DNA of 64,000 nt from Candidatus Latescibacterota bacterium (lineage in GTDB: Bacteria; Latescibacterota; UBA2968; GCA-2709665): NCBI GenBank assembly GCA_965116875.1, contig OZ220733.1:2912001-2976000 (forward strand), in the 5' to 3' direction. Every line of letters starts with the position of its first letter. Position 1 is the first letter of the stretch. The notes below the pieces were generated by a model. It was not told where the DNA came from. It did no database searches and was given only the letters and a program-made list of their open reading frames with translations. Positions 39,774-49,256 of the stretch are shown in pieces. Made by a program: the position numbers and the translations under genes.

Positions 39774-39935
39774 GCAGTCCGTTGATAAGGTCGCTCTGCA
39801 GGCGAGGCCGAGCCATTGTGGTCGAAGACAAGGCGCGCGACCGAGTCCCATCCTGCGATTCGGCGAGGGAGCGCAACGCAGTATTTCGACCGCAAGGGCC
39901 GGACGCAGGCCGGATGGACTTTTTCAACGGGCTGC
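39774..39935. mobile_element. ~160-bp MITE-like element with imperfect terminal inverted repeats
   Basis: GCAGTCCGTTGATAAGGTC ... GACTTTTTCAACGGGCTGC. Confidence 0.6.
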
Positions 39936-40063
39936 TAAGGTCGGGTGACAAAAGCATTGCGGAGAAGCGATCCCCGAGGTTTCTTTCTGATTGAGATATC
40001 CGGACGTCAACCCGTTCCGCGCATCCGGGAAGCTCCCGTCCCCGTCGACTAAGGATTCGTTCA

Positions 40064-41131
40064 ATGATCATCAAAAACATCAGCGCGACCACGGTCAGCA
40101 TCCCCTACGCCGCGCCCGTCGGGCCGTACGTCGGTCGCGGCGCCGGAGGCGGCACGCTGGGTGGAACCGGCCTCATCGTCAGAATCGAGTCCGATTCGGG
40201 CCTCGTGGGTTGGGGCGAGGGCACCGGCGGCTTCGCAACGGACCCGAACGCGGTTCTGTCAGGCGCCCACGTTTCCGACGTTGAAAAGGCAATCGGCCTC
40301 ATGGAGCGTGCGGGCATTCCGAGGGGCCCGATGTCCGGCATCGAAATGGCGCTCTGGGACCTCCTTGGCAAGCACGCCGGGCTGCCCCTCTGCCGCCTGA
40401 TGGGCGGTATCGTGCGTACGGAGGTCGACTTCACCGCGTGCATGGGCCTGAAAGCGCCGGAAGAGTCGGCAGCCACCGCCCGTGAATACATCGACCGGTG
40501 GGGATTTCGCGTCATCAAGACGAAAGCCGGAAACGACCCCGCGCAGGACCTGGCCATTGCCGAAGCGGCCCAGAGGGAAATTGGGGACGAAGCCGCATTC
40601 CGTCCGGACGCGAACGGCGGCTATCCCCCTGAAGAGACGCTGGAGATCATGAGGAAGATGGCGGATCTCGGCGTCATGCATTTCGAAGACCCGTGCGACA
40701 CGGAACACGTGGAAACGCTGGCGCGTGTGCGGGCCGAGGTGGGCACTCACATCCTCGTGAACGGCGGCGTGGCCCTGCCCGGCAGCATCCGGCCTTTTCT
40801 GGAGTCAGAATGTGCGGACTCCCTGATGCCGGACACGCCGGCCGCCGGTGCGCTGCTCCGCGTGAGAAAAATCGCGGACGCGGCCGAGCCCTGGGGCGTG
40901 CCGTGCCTGATGCACTGTTCGCACGACCTGGGCCTTAAAACCGCAGCCATCACCCATATCGCCGCTTCAACGCCCAACTTCTCGGGTCCCAACGACACCT
41001 GCTACCACGGGCTTGTCGACGACGTTCTGGCCGAACCGTTCAAGTTCGAAAACGGGCGGCTGAAGGTTCCCCTCGGCCCGGGCCTCGGCGTGGAAGTCGA
41101 CGAATCCAGGGTTGAAAAGTACCGGGTCTGA
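40064..41131 (+). CDS. Mandelate racemase/muconate lactonizing enzyme family (enolase superfamily)
   Basis: GWGE, IEMALWDL.GK, KTK, PDANG, FEDP, GPGLGVE. Confidence 0.9.
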   Translation: MIIKNISATTVSIPYAAPVGPYVGRGAGGGTLGGTGLIVRIESDSGLVGWGEGTGGFATDPNAVLSGAHVSDVEKAIGLMERAGIPRGPMSGIEMALWDLLGKHAGLPLCRLMGGIVRTEVDFTACMGLKAPEESAATAREYIDRWGFRVIKTKAGNDPAQDLAIAEAAQREIGDEAAFRPDANGGYPPEETLEIMRKMADLGVMHFEDPCDTEHVETLARVRAEVGTHILVNGGVALPGSIRPFLESECADSLMPDTPAAGALLRVRKIADAAEPWGVPCLMHCSHDLGLKTAAITHIAASTPNFSGPNDTCYHGLVDDVLAEPFKFENGRLKVPLGPGLGVEVDESRVEKYRV

Positions 41132-41181
41132 ACCGCGCGAAGACCGCTTGGGGTTTTAAGACAGCTTCTGAAGGGTCCGGT

Positions 41182-42021
41182 ATGGATTTCGTCCGCGTCG
41201 ACGACCGGGACTGGTCCAAACTCACGCTGGGCGAACGCATCCGCCAGATCGAACTCGACGGATACGTCGTCATGCCCGATCTGCTTGAGCCCGGTCACGT
41301 TACCGAGCTCAAGGCCGAGACCACCAGGCTCGAGACGCGTGCGGTGGACTACAGCGTCCGCCAGCAGGTCTGTCCGAACCTGCAATTCATGGGCGGTCCG
41401 ATCACCCACCTCATCGCCCATCCTCCCACCCTCGCCTTTCTGAGAGAACTCTTCGGCGGCGAGACCATCTTCATGTCCTGCACCTACGCCCGCTCCGAGC
41501 CCGGTCACCCCGGCATCAGTCTCCATACCGACGGGCAGCCCTACGGTTCACAGATCTTCGGTTACGGCGGCAGCGTACCGTTCATGGTGAGGGTGCTCTA
41601 TTATCTGGACGATCTCACGCGGGATGTCTCGCCCTTTCGCGTGATCCCCCGCTCCCATCTGTCCATGCACGCGGACGCCAACCCGTACAAACGTTACGAG
41701 GACCATCCCGAACAGGTGATGGTCCCCGTTACATCCGGCGGCGCCGTTCTGATCAACCACAAGGTCTTTCACGGGAACTTCCCGAACACCGGCGCCCACG
41801 CCCGCGAAATGATTGCCATCGCCTACCGCCCCGCCTGGGCGGGACCCATCGACGAAGTCCCCGCGTGGGACGAGGCCGACCTCGCCGCCCTGCCCGATAC
41901 CGTACGCCCCCTGTTCGCCGATCCCAACACCCGCCACTGGGATTTCCACGGCGGCAACAAACCGGCCGATATGGCCAGCGAAGCGCCGGGAATCAACCCC
42001 AGCCGATGGGATCGTCGATAG
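41182..42021 (+). CDS. PhyH-family dioxygenase
   Basis: LHTD, VIPRSH, VFH. Confidence 0.88.
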   Translation: MDFVRVDDRDWSKLTLGERIRQIELDGYVVMPDLLEPGHVTELKAETTRLETRAVDYSVRQQVCPNLQFMGGPITHLIAHPPTLAFLRELFGGETIFMSCTYARSEPGHPGISLHTDGQPYGSQIFGYGGSVPFMVRVLYYLDDLTRDVSPFRVIPRSHLSMHADANPYKRYEDHPEQVMVPVTSGGAVLINHKVFHGNFPNTGAHAREMIAIAYRPAWAGPIDEVPAWDEADLAALPDTVRPLFADPNTRHWDFHGGNKPADMASEAPGINPSRWDRR

Positions 42022-42063
42022 AAAACCGTCCGAGATCGGCAGGAGGCGATCCTCAACCGCGCT

Positions 42064-42951
42064 TCACGTCAGCGAATTCCACTCCGCTCCCAGCGCATCG
42101 AACTGCCCGTAGAACGCCTCCAGGACGGGGTCCGCGAGGGGTCCTTTCGCCGTCAGCGCCAGGTTGTGCCTGGCGTGATCCGGATTCGTGGTGCCAACGA
42201 TGGCCGTGTCGACAGCCGCCTGAGAAAGCGTAAACCGCAGGGATAGCTCGATGGGATCTTCCGGGGCCCCGTCGGGAATCTCGAGTTGCTGCGCCCGATC
42301 CCAGTACGCGTCGGCGTAACCGTAGGGGGACGCTGCCTTGCCGATCGCTCCGTTCGCGATCGGCCGTTTGACGATCACGCCCATCCCAGCCTCCTGCGCC
42401 TCCGGCAGCACGTTGCCGCGACCCTTCTGGTCCACCAGGTTGAAGGACGTCTGCAGCGTGCTGAATACCCCCATCCGGATGGCTACCAGCGCGTCCTCTC
42501 CGTCGCCGCTGTACCCCACGTACCGCGTCTTGCCCGCGTCCTTCGCCCGCATCACCGCGTCCACGGCCTCTCCCGTCCGGAGCACGTCGGCCGAACACGT
42601 GTGTAGCTGTACAAGGTCGACGTGGTCCGTCCTCAGCCGCTTCAGCGACCGGTCGATGCTTTCATCGATCACCTCGCCCGACCACGGCTCCCCGGTTGCA
42701 TCTCCGGTCACGTGGCCGCACTTGGTCGCCAGCACGTATTCATCCCGCCGACCGCCGATGTGCCGGCCGATCAACTCCTCGCTGTTGTGATAGCACGCCG
42801 CCGTGTCGATCAGCGTGATCCCGTCGTCCAGCACACGGTTCAGCAATCGCCCGACCCGCTCAGGGTCCACGTCTTCAAGTCCGATCCTGGCGCCGCCGAA
42901 CCCAAGGCGGGTCACCTCCATGTCCGTCCTGCCAAGCGTGCGCGTTTCCAT
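42064..42951 (-). CDS. Aldo/keto reductase
   Basis: RLGFGG, IDTAACY, LATK, SLKRLRTDHVDLVQLH. Confidence 0.92.
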   Translation of the reverse strand: METRTLGRTDMEVTRLGFGGARIGLEDVDPERVGRLLNRVLDDGITLIDTAACYHNSEELIGRHIGGRRDEYVLATKCGHVTGDATGEPWSGEVIDESIDRSLKRLRTDHVDLVQLHTCSADVLRTGEAVDAVMRAKDAGKTRYVGYSGDGEDALVAIRMGVFSTLQTSFNLVDQKGRGNVLPEAQEAGMGVIVKRPIANGAIGKAASPYGYADAYWDRAQQLEIPDGAPEDPIELSLRFTLSQAAVDTAIVGTTNPDHARHNLALTAKGPLADPVLEAFYGQFDALGAEWNSLT

Positions 42952-42972
42952 TGTGAGACCTCCGAAAGAACC

Positions 42973-43097
42973 GTAAGACGTGAGACGTGAGAGGGGAGAG
43001 ATTGCCTGCCCTGTGAGGTTTCTCCTCGTGCCGGAGGCAAGGAGTAAAAAAAATGGGGCATGGATTTCCTCTACCGTCTCCCGCCTCCCGTCTCCCC
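42973..43097 (-). repeat. Family H repeat, copy E
   Basis: GAGACGT heptads; TGCCGGAGGCA at 43029-43039. Confidence 0.75.
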
Positions 43098-43193
43098 GCA
43101 TTTCTTCTACCCTCTCCCCTCTTGCCGTGTTTCGGGCAAGATACCGCCAACGACAGGATAATGCAAGAGGTTACCCCGTGATCCCGTTTTGGG

Positions 43194-43222
43194 TTGACAG
43201 CATAGCCCGTGTGGTTTAGGTT
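43194..43222 (+). promoter_or_regulatory. Sigma70-like promoter
   Basis: TTGACA-N17-TAGGTT. Confidence 0.5.
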
Positions 43223-43299
43223 TGAATAACACGATCCGGGATGAATCGGCGCGAGAACGGTTGGATAATTTCGAGGCAGGATACCAGGGGGAAACACCG

Positions 43300-44166
43300 A
43301 TGGAACAGACCCGAGACCGGGTGGCCTTTGACAATTACGTCAACGACGGCGGCTACACCGCGGACCTCTACGAATACCACGAAATCGACGAAGGAATCGA
43401 AAGCCTGGATGCCGCGACCGATGCGGACGTGGATTTCTTTCATCGGAACGGCTATCTCGCCGTCAGGAACGCGTTCACGAGCGCCGAGGTCGAGGATATG
43501 CTCGATGGCCTCATGGATCTCATTAAAGGGAAGAATCCGGAGTTCAAAGGCGTTCAGTTCGAGGCCAGTTACAAGGACACCCTGGACACGCTTTCGGACG
43601 ACGAACGGTGGGACGCCGTGAGAAAACTCCAGTACTTCATGGGCTACGATCATCGCCTGACGGTTGTGGCCGAACACCCGAGGATCCTGGACGTCATGGG
43701 GCGGATCCTCGGCGAGGAGCCGGCGCTCTATTCCCACCAGGCCATCCTCAAACCGCCGCTGGTCGGCCGTGAAAAACCCTGGCACCAGGACCACGCCTAT
43801 TTCAATCTGCCCATGGGAACGCAGATTGTAAGCATGTGGATTTCACTGGACCACGCCACGCCCGAAAACGGATGCATGAGGGTGATACCCGGCACGCACC
43901 TGCGGGGTCCCGTGGTCCATTTCAAGCGACGCGACTGGCAGCTTTGCGATACGCACGTGGTCCGAGACCGCGTCGTGGCGGTCCCGCTTAAGCCGGGCGG
44001 CTGCCTCATCTGGTCCGGCCTGATCCATCACGGCACCCCCGCCAACACCACGTCGCAGCGCCGCCGCGCCCTCCAACTCCACTATTTCCCCGCGCGCGTG
44101 AAGGAAACCACGTCACAGGAACGCCTGGCCGTATTTGGCAGCGAGGGCAAGGACGTCACCTGCTGA
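43300..44166 (+). CDS. PhyH-family dioxygenase
   Basis: PWHQD, ENGCMRVIPGTH, IHHGT. Confidence 0.92.
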   Translation: MEQTRDRVAFDNYVNDGGYTADLYEYHEIDEGIESLDAATDADVDFFHRNGYLAVRNAFTSAEVEDMLDGLMDLIKGKNPEFKGVQFEASYKDTLDTLSDDERWDAVRKLQYFMGYDHRLTVVAEHPRILDVMGRILGEEPALYSHQAILKPPLVGREKPWHQDHAYFNLPMGTQIVSMWISLDHATPENGCMRVIPGTHLRGPVVHFKRRDWQLCDTHVVRDRVVAVPLKPGGCLIWSGLIHHGTPANTTSQRRRALQLHYFPARVKETTSQERLAVFGSEGKDVTC

Positions 44167-44245
44167 CGCTCCCACGAACTCCAAAGCTCCATCGAACAAG
44201 CCCCGGTGCATTTTCCTCCGGGGCCTTTTTCGCCCGGGTCCAGAT

Positions 44246-45076
44246 ATGGACACCAAACTCCACATCCTGGTACGGATCCTCCTCGGCGGCCTGGCGCTCT
44301 ATATTTTCTACGGCGCCGTCCTCTTCTTCGCGCAGCGCCGCTTCCTGTTTCCGCGGCACCTGGTCCGGACGCCGCCCGGCGTCGCGTCGGATGCATCGGA
44401 TATCGAACGCATCTGGTTGACGTCGCGCGCCGGCCGAACGGAAACCTGGCTGCTCCCGCCCCAGAACGGCGCGGGCCCCGCTCCGGCGTTCATCGTCGCC
44501 CACGGCAATGCCGAACTCATCGACCACTGGGCCGGCGAAATGGCGGCGCTCAGACGTCTGGGAATCGCGGTCCTTCTCGTGGAATACCCCGGTTACGGAC
44601 GGTCCGAAGGTTCGCCGACCCAGGCCCGCATTACGGAGGCCTTTGTCGCCGCGTACGACATGCTGGCCTCCCGGGAAGATATCGACGCGGACCGGATCGT
44701 ATTCATGGGCCGCTCGCTCGGAGGAGGCGCCGCATGCGCGCTCGCGGCCGAACGTCCCCCGGCGGCGCTGGTGCTGATTTCCACATTCAAAAGCGTCAAC
44801 GCCATCGCCGCGGAGAAATTCTTCGTCCCTTCGTTCTTCGTACGAGACCCGTTCGACAATCTGAAGACATTAAAGAACTATCCCGGGCCCGTTCTCATCG
44901 CGCATGGCAAGCGGGACAATCTGATTCCGTACAGCCACGGCGCCGCGCTGCGAGAGGCGTCCGGGCGCGGCCGCCTCATCACCTACGAGGCCGGCCACAA
45001 CAACTGCCCGCCCGACTGGCCGACCTTCTGGGCGGAGGTCGAACGCTTTCTCAAGGAGGAAGGAATTCTACCGTAG
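44246..45076 (+). CDS. Alpha/beta hydrolase (ABHD-like, N-terminal membrane anchor)
   Basis: HGNA, EYPGYGRS, GRSLG nucleophile elbow, HG..D, GHN. Confidence 0.9.
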   Translation: MDTKLHILVRILLGGLALYIFYGAVLFFAQRRFLFPRHLVRTPPGVASDASDIERIWLTSRAGRTETWLLPPQNGAGPAPAFIVAHGNAELIDHWAGEMAALRRLGIAVLLVEYPGYGRSEGSPTQARITEAFVAAYDMLASREDIDADRIVFMGRSLGGGAACALAAERPPAALVLISTFKSVNAIAAEKFFVPSFFVRDPFDNLKTLKNYPGPVLIAHGKRDNLIPYSHGAALREASGRGRLITYEAGHNNCPPDWPTFWAEVERFLKEEGILP

Positions 45077-45241
45077 ACGCCGTGCCGGCCGGTCCGATTG
45101 CGATTCCGCCCGAGACCTCCGCTTGAACGACCTCGATACCCCGCTTTCGCGCTTATACCTTTTGTGCTTTTTGTGGTAAATTTACCGGCTGTCTTCTTTC
45201 GAATTGTGGTTAAACCCTGCAAAGGAACGGAGAATGCACGC

Positions 45242-46018
45242 ATGCAGGCCATCGACTTCCACAACTCGTACCTCGGCTGGCGGATCGACTGGGACGTGCT
45301 TCCGCCCGATACCGCTTCGCACAGGCCTCCGTGGGCGCTCAACGAAGTCCGGATCCCTATCGAATGCCGGTGCATGGTAACGGAAAAGGCGTCGGGAGCG
45401 TCGGGGGAATTTGTGCTGGGGGCCAACTGCAAGACCGAACGCGTCGGGGTGCCGAAGGATATCTGGACGACCCCCAACGCGGATTTCGTTCCCATCTTCA
45501 CACACGACCGCTTCCTGATGATCAAGACGTACGACCACGTCGGCCGGCGCGTCCCGGCATACCCTCCCTCGCTCGGCGAGCAGCCGGAACGACAGACCGG
45601 CCTTTCCGGAGAGACCTTCGTAGACGTTCGCATCGACATTGCAAAGCGCGAGGGCATGCTGTTAGACAATGCGAATGACGTCATCCGGGCCGTGTCCGAC
45701 AACGGCCAACTCGTTGCCCGCACCGAATTCGAGTATGAGCGGTACCTAGCTGTAATCGACTATCCTGTGAGGACGATCAATACGAACGAGCGGGACGGTT
45801 TCTTTCAGACCGACACCGGACCTCTGCTCTTCCCGGACCTGAGCCGGGAGCCCGACGAATTGATCGAAGGAATGGAACTCGCGTTTTCGGCGTTCAACTC
45901 GCCGGACTGGATTGAGTTTCTCGTGAGGGTCCCGTCGCCGCTGACCGACGGTCTCAGCGTCTGGCACTATTCCAGGTCCGTCAGGCTGGACTGCAGGAAC
46001 ACGGTCGTTCGGATCTGA
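45242..46018 (+). CDS. Hypothetical protein
   Basis: 258-aa ORF with host-like codon usage and GGAG RBS; no motif recognised. Confidence 0.7.
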   Translation: MQAIDFHNSYLGWRIDWDVLPPDTASHRPPWALNEVRIPIECRCMVTEKASGASGEFVLGANCKTERVGVPKDIWTTPNADFVPIFTHDRFLMIKTYDHVGRRVPAYPPSLGEQPERQTGLSGETFVDVRIDIAKREGMLLDNANDVIRAVSDNGQLVARTEFEYERYLAVIDYPVRTINTNERDGFFQTDTGPLLFPDLSREPDELIEGMELAFSAFNSPDWIEFLVRVPSPLTDGLSVWHYSRSVRLDCRNTVVRI

Positions 46019-46065
46019 CTTTCCGCGCAAAAATGGTGTGTGAAACCAACCGCAGGGAGTGAAAC

Positions 46066-46557
46066 ATGGGCGTAGCTGTCATAGACGTGCCGGTTGCGGG
46101 AGAATTATCGTCTCTGATAGATCGTTCAGCGCGTGAAAACATGGATGCATTGTCGCGCTCTTCAATTCTAGGCGAGATATACCGGAATTTCGAAAATACC
46201 AATGAGGCAGTCTTGAATGCCATGTCTGATTGGCGCGAGTTTCTGAAGCTTCTTGAACAGAAACCGGAAAATTACAAATCCATGTGCCGCAATGGTGACG
46301 TGGAAAGGGCTATTGCTGGCCTGGATGAAGCCGGGAAGACAGTGCGCAGAGAGAGTTGGCTGGTTCTGGGGGAAGAAATCAGGGAGAACTACCCGGGCAT
46401 TTACGATAGATTTAAAGCGGTGGATGAGAATATTGAAGCCTATGGCGCCCTGCTTCAAGAGGTAAGCTGGACCATGTTGATTCTGCATCGGGAAAACCAG
46501 CTAGGCACGGGAAAGACGTTTGCCGTAGGCGAGGCAATAGCCGATTTGTGGAGATAG
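46066..46557 (+). CDS. Hypothetical protein (lower GC)
   Basis: GGGAG RBS; helical-looking sequence; followed by a terminator. Confidence 0.65.
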   Translation: MGVAVIDVPVAGELSSLIDRSARENMDALSRSSILGEIYRNFENTNEAVLNAMSDWREFLKLLEQKPENYKSMCRNGDVERAIAGLDEAGKTVRRESWLVLGEEIRENYPGIYDRFKAVDENIEAYGALLQEVSWTMLILHRENQLGTGKTFAVGEAIADLWR

Positions 46558-46585
46558 ACGTAGCTGGATTGTCTCTCCTGCCAGT

Positions 46586-46620
46586 AAAAAAAGCCGAGGT
46601 TTTCACCTCGGCTTCTCTTT
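46586..46620. terminator. Bidirectional intrinsic terminator
   Basis: AAAAA-AAGCCGAGGT-TTTC-ACCTCGGCTT-CTCTTT between convergent genes. Confidence 0.8.
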
Positions 46621-46769
46621 TATCTGTTGTCTCGTGGCCCGGGCGGTGATTGCGGCCTGGGTGGCGCTTGTGGCGTTGTTTCCGGCCTTGGAGGCGGTGC
46701 GGGTCTGGGGCGTTCGGGATTGCGCGGCGGCCTGATTGCTCTTTCTTCGCTGGCCTTTTCCGGCATCAT
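46620..46769 (-). CDS. Proline-rich micro-protein (49 aa)
   Basis: Manual translation MMPEKASEERAIRPPRNPERPRPAPPPRPETTPQAPPRPQSPPGPRDNR; AAGGAGG RBS; ATGA overlap with the upstream stop; ends at the terminator. Confidence 0.6.
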   Translation of the reverse strand: MMPEKASEERAIRPPRNPERPRPAPPPRPETTPQAPPRPQSPPGPRDNR

Positions 46770-47281
46770 GCCTCCTTGATCGAATATTGATCTACCAGCG
46801 AATCATCCGCTTCTCTCTGGCTCTGCCTGTTCAATCTGTCATTAACTGAAATATCTGCCCATCCCGGAATGCTTGTGGCCCTCTCGCCGGCCTCGACAAG
46901 ATCCATCAATATATCGTAGGCTTCGTCGTTGCCTATTACATTGTTTTCTATCTTCGACCACAACGCTTTGTGTTTATCCTGCAAGTCAAAACACATCACG
47001 CTGACCGCATGAAGACTGGCAGATTTTCTCGCATAATTCCCGAGTAAACCGAACACACTGACAGCTATAATGCCCAAATCGACGATGACTTCAGCCAGCC
47101 GGCCGATGTAGTCCGAAAACATAAAGCGCCCGGCTCCGGCGATCGCGCACAGAGCGAGTCCTATCATGACTGCATTGTGCCGCCTGCGATACTGGCGTGA
47201 GAGTTTATCGTAGTATCTGGCTGCCCGCTCCACGTCCAGGTATTCGTTCCAGGCCATATTTCGAGTCGCATCACTCACCAT
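46766..47281 (-). CDS. Two-TM SLATT-like membrane protein
   Basis: N-terminal helix, TM hairpin (VMIGLALCAIAG; VIVDLGIIAVSVFGLL), then a YARKSASLH helical tail; lower GC. Confidence 0.55.
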   Translation of the reverse strand: MVSDATRNMAWNEYLDVERAARYYDKLSRQYRRRHNAVMIGLALCAIAGAGRFMFSDYIGRLAEVIVDLGIIAVSVFGLLGNYARKSASLHAVSVMCFDLQDKHKALWSKIENNVIGNDEAYDILMDLVEAGERATSIPGWADISVNDRLNRQSQREADDSLVDQYSIKEA

Positions 47282-47450
47282 GGCAGACCTCCGCCGTCAA
47301 CTGAATTCCGTCGCAATTTCCCAATGCGGGTCTTATCCCCTTGACGACAAATATAAAGTACCGGATCGTACCTGTCGAGTCAAGCCGTATCCGGGATCCG
47401 GACTCGTTTTCTGAAGCCAGTTCTTCTCCTGACCCATCATCAGCCGGTCT

Positions 47451-49133
47451 TCAGCCCCCCGGCAATTCTACGCTCCGGCCGCTTTCCAGGTCCATCGTAA
47501 CGGCGCGGAACTGGAATCCGTATCGCTCGACCACGTCCCCGCGCGTGTCCCCATCGACGTCAAGCAGCAACACTGTCGCGCCCTTCAGGTTCGCTCCGGC
47601 GCTGATCTCGTACGCGCCGTTATCGCGACGTCCGAACCGCACCGTGCGCCGCGCGCGTTCCCATGCGTCGATCCGCTCCGCCGTCCACCAGGGCATTCCC
47701 TTGTCTTTGGTGTATCCGACGATCTCCCTGAGTCCGCCGCGTACGGCCGGTTCCCACACGTGGGCGGGATGAAAGAGAAAATGCGCGATCCCGTGGTGTC
47801 CGAATGCCCGGTCCGCGAAACAGTGCGCCAGACGGGTGGAACACCGTTTGTGGATGTCCTGCACGGTCAGATTCACTTCCAGCACGTTGATCGGCGGACC
47901 GCCCGGCTCTTCGTCGTCAATGGGAAACCAGGGGTGGCACCCCCCGAAGGGAAAGCCGTTGGTATAGGGTGTATTCGGCCCGCGGCTCTGTTCCAGGGTG
48001 ATGCCCAGGCGTTCGCACCAGCGGAAGAACTCCAGCCGGCCCTGCCAGCGCAGCGTATGGTTCTTGTTGGTGGTGACCGGCCTTCCCGCCGCTACCGTAA
48101 CCGTCTTCAACTGACCCGCCAACTCGTCATATCCCCATTTCAGATGGGCGGTCTCCGGCTTCCGGTCGTCCGGCGCCGTCTGCCAGGTCTGGGCGTCGTA
48201 GTGCAGCGCCACCTCCGAGCCGTAGTCCTGGATGGCGCGGTAGAACGCCGGCTGGTAGTGGCCCGCCATGTTGCACCATGTCGTACGGATGTCTACCTCC
48301 TGCGTCATACGGAGCAATGACCACCCCAACGCTTCGTCTCCGCCGTCCGAGTCGTGCGACATGTGCGCGATGGCGTGCAGATTGTCCGGCCAGTACCACA
48401 GGAGGGGCAGGGAGACGCCGCACTCCCGGCAGGCGTAGAGAACGGACTTGATGATCAATTCCCGGAACTCATCCGCGATCGGCTCCAGGAAGACCAGGTT
48501 CTCCTCTTCGCCGGGCACGGGCGACCGGTCGCGGTCCAGGTCCAGCGCCAGGCCCTGGATCACGTCGATCCGCGTGGGACCGGTCGCGGGGGGAACCGGA
48601 TGCCCCTGCTGGATCTGCACGATGGTCCGGACCACGTCGGGGCCCACGGCGATCGCCAGGCCGTTCCCGGTGCGATGCTCCACCACCCCGTCGCTTGCGC
48701 CCATCACCCGCGCCAGCGCCGTACCATCCACCGCCTTGATTCGCCGCCCGCCGAAACAATGCAGGCTGCTGTCAAATCCGGAGGTGACCGGGTGGTCCTT
48801 CGCCGTCACCTGAACGTATCCATCCGCCATTTCACCCCGGTCCGCCGCGCCGAATACGTCGTCGAGCCCGGACATGCCTCCCAGGCCGATCAGCGCGCCG
48901 CCGGATTCCACGAATCCCGCAAGCAGCGTCCGCTCCGACTCTGCCAGCGGCATATGCCAGGGCAGCAATACCACGCGATATCCATCCAGGGCGGCCAGGG
49001 GACGATCGATCTCGTCATACGGAATACCGGCGTGCGCGAGAATCTCCCGGATGTAGAACCCGCCGTACACCCGGGATCCCTCCGGCGCCGTCTGCCCTTC
49101 CGGGTCCGTTACCACGCAGAATGGAAGACTCAT
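47451..49133 (-). CDS. Hypothetical: GATase-like (beta-galactosidase trimerisation-type) domain plus polysaccharide-deacetylase-like domain
   Basis: VVLLP...FVESGGALI; MSHDSD, EVALHYD, LFHP. Confidence 0.6.
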   Translation of the reverse strand: MSLPFCVVTDPEGQTAPEGSRVYGGFYIREILAHAGIPYDEIDRPLAALDGYRVVLLPWHMPLAESERTLLAGFVESGGALIGLGGMSGLDDVFGAADRGEMADGYVQVTAKDHPVTSGFDSSLHCFGGRRIKAVDGTALARVMGASDGVVEHRTGNGLAIAVGPDVVRTIVQIQQGHPVPPATGPTRIDVIQGLALDLDRDRSPVPGEEENLVFLEPIADEFRELIIKSVLYACRECGVSLPLLWYWPDNLHAIAHMSHDSDGGDEALGWSLLRMTQEVDIRTTWCNMAGHYQPAFYRAIQDYGSEVALHYDAQTWQTAPDDRKPETAHLKWGYDELAGQLKTVTVAAGRPVTTNKNHTLRWQGRLEFFRWCERLGITLEQSRGPNTPYTNGFPFGGCHPWFPIDDEEPGGPPINVLEVNLTVQDIHKRCSTRLAHCFADRAFGHHGIAHFLFHPAHVWEPAVRGGLREIVGYTKDKGMPWWTAERIDAWERARRTVRFGRRDNGAYEISAGANLKGATVLLLDVDGDTRGDVVERYGFQFRAVTMDLESGRSVELPGG

Positions 49134-49152
49134 TGATGGTCTCCTGATTTGA

Positions 49153-49191
49153 AAACGGGTCGCCCGAACTGTTCTCAGAGGCGACCCGTTT
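49153..49191. terminator. Stable hairpin, possible terminator
   Basis: AAACGGGTCGCC ... GGCGACCCGTTT. Confidence 0.45.
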
Positions 49192-49256
49192 GAACATGCG
49201 GATGGAATCGGTTGTGGATTTCCAGAGTCATCCGGAATCCCGTTCTGCGGAACCTC

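Noticed and set aside
44161-44166. PhyH gene ending in Cys-TGA (KDVTC-stop), a possible second selenoprotein
   Set aside because: The domain is complete, I saw no clear SECIS-like hairpin, and the read-through sequence is not protein-like and overlaps the next gene.
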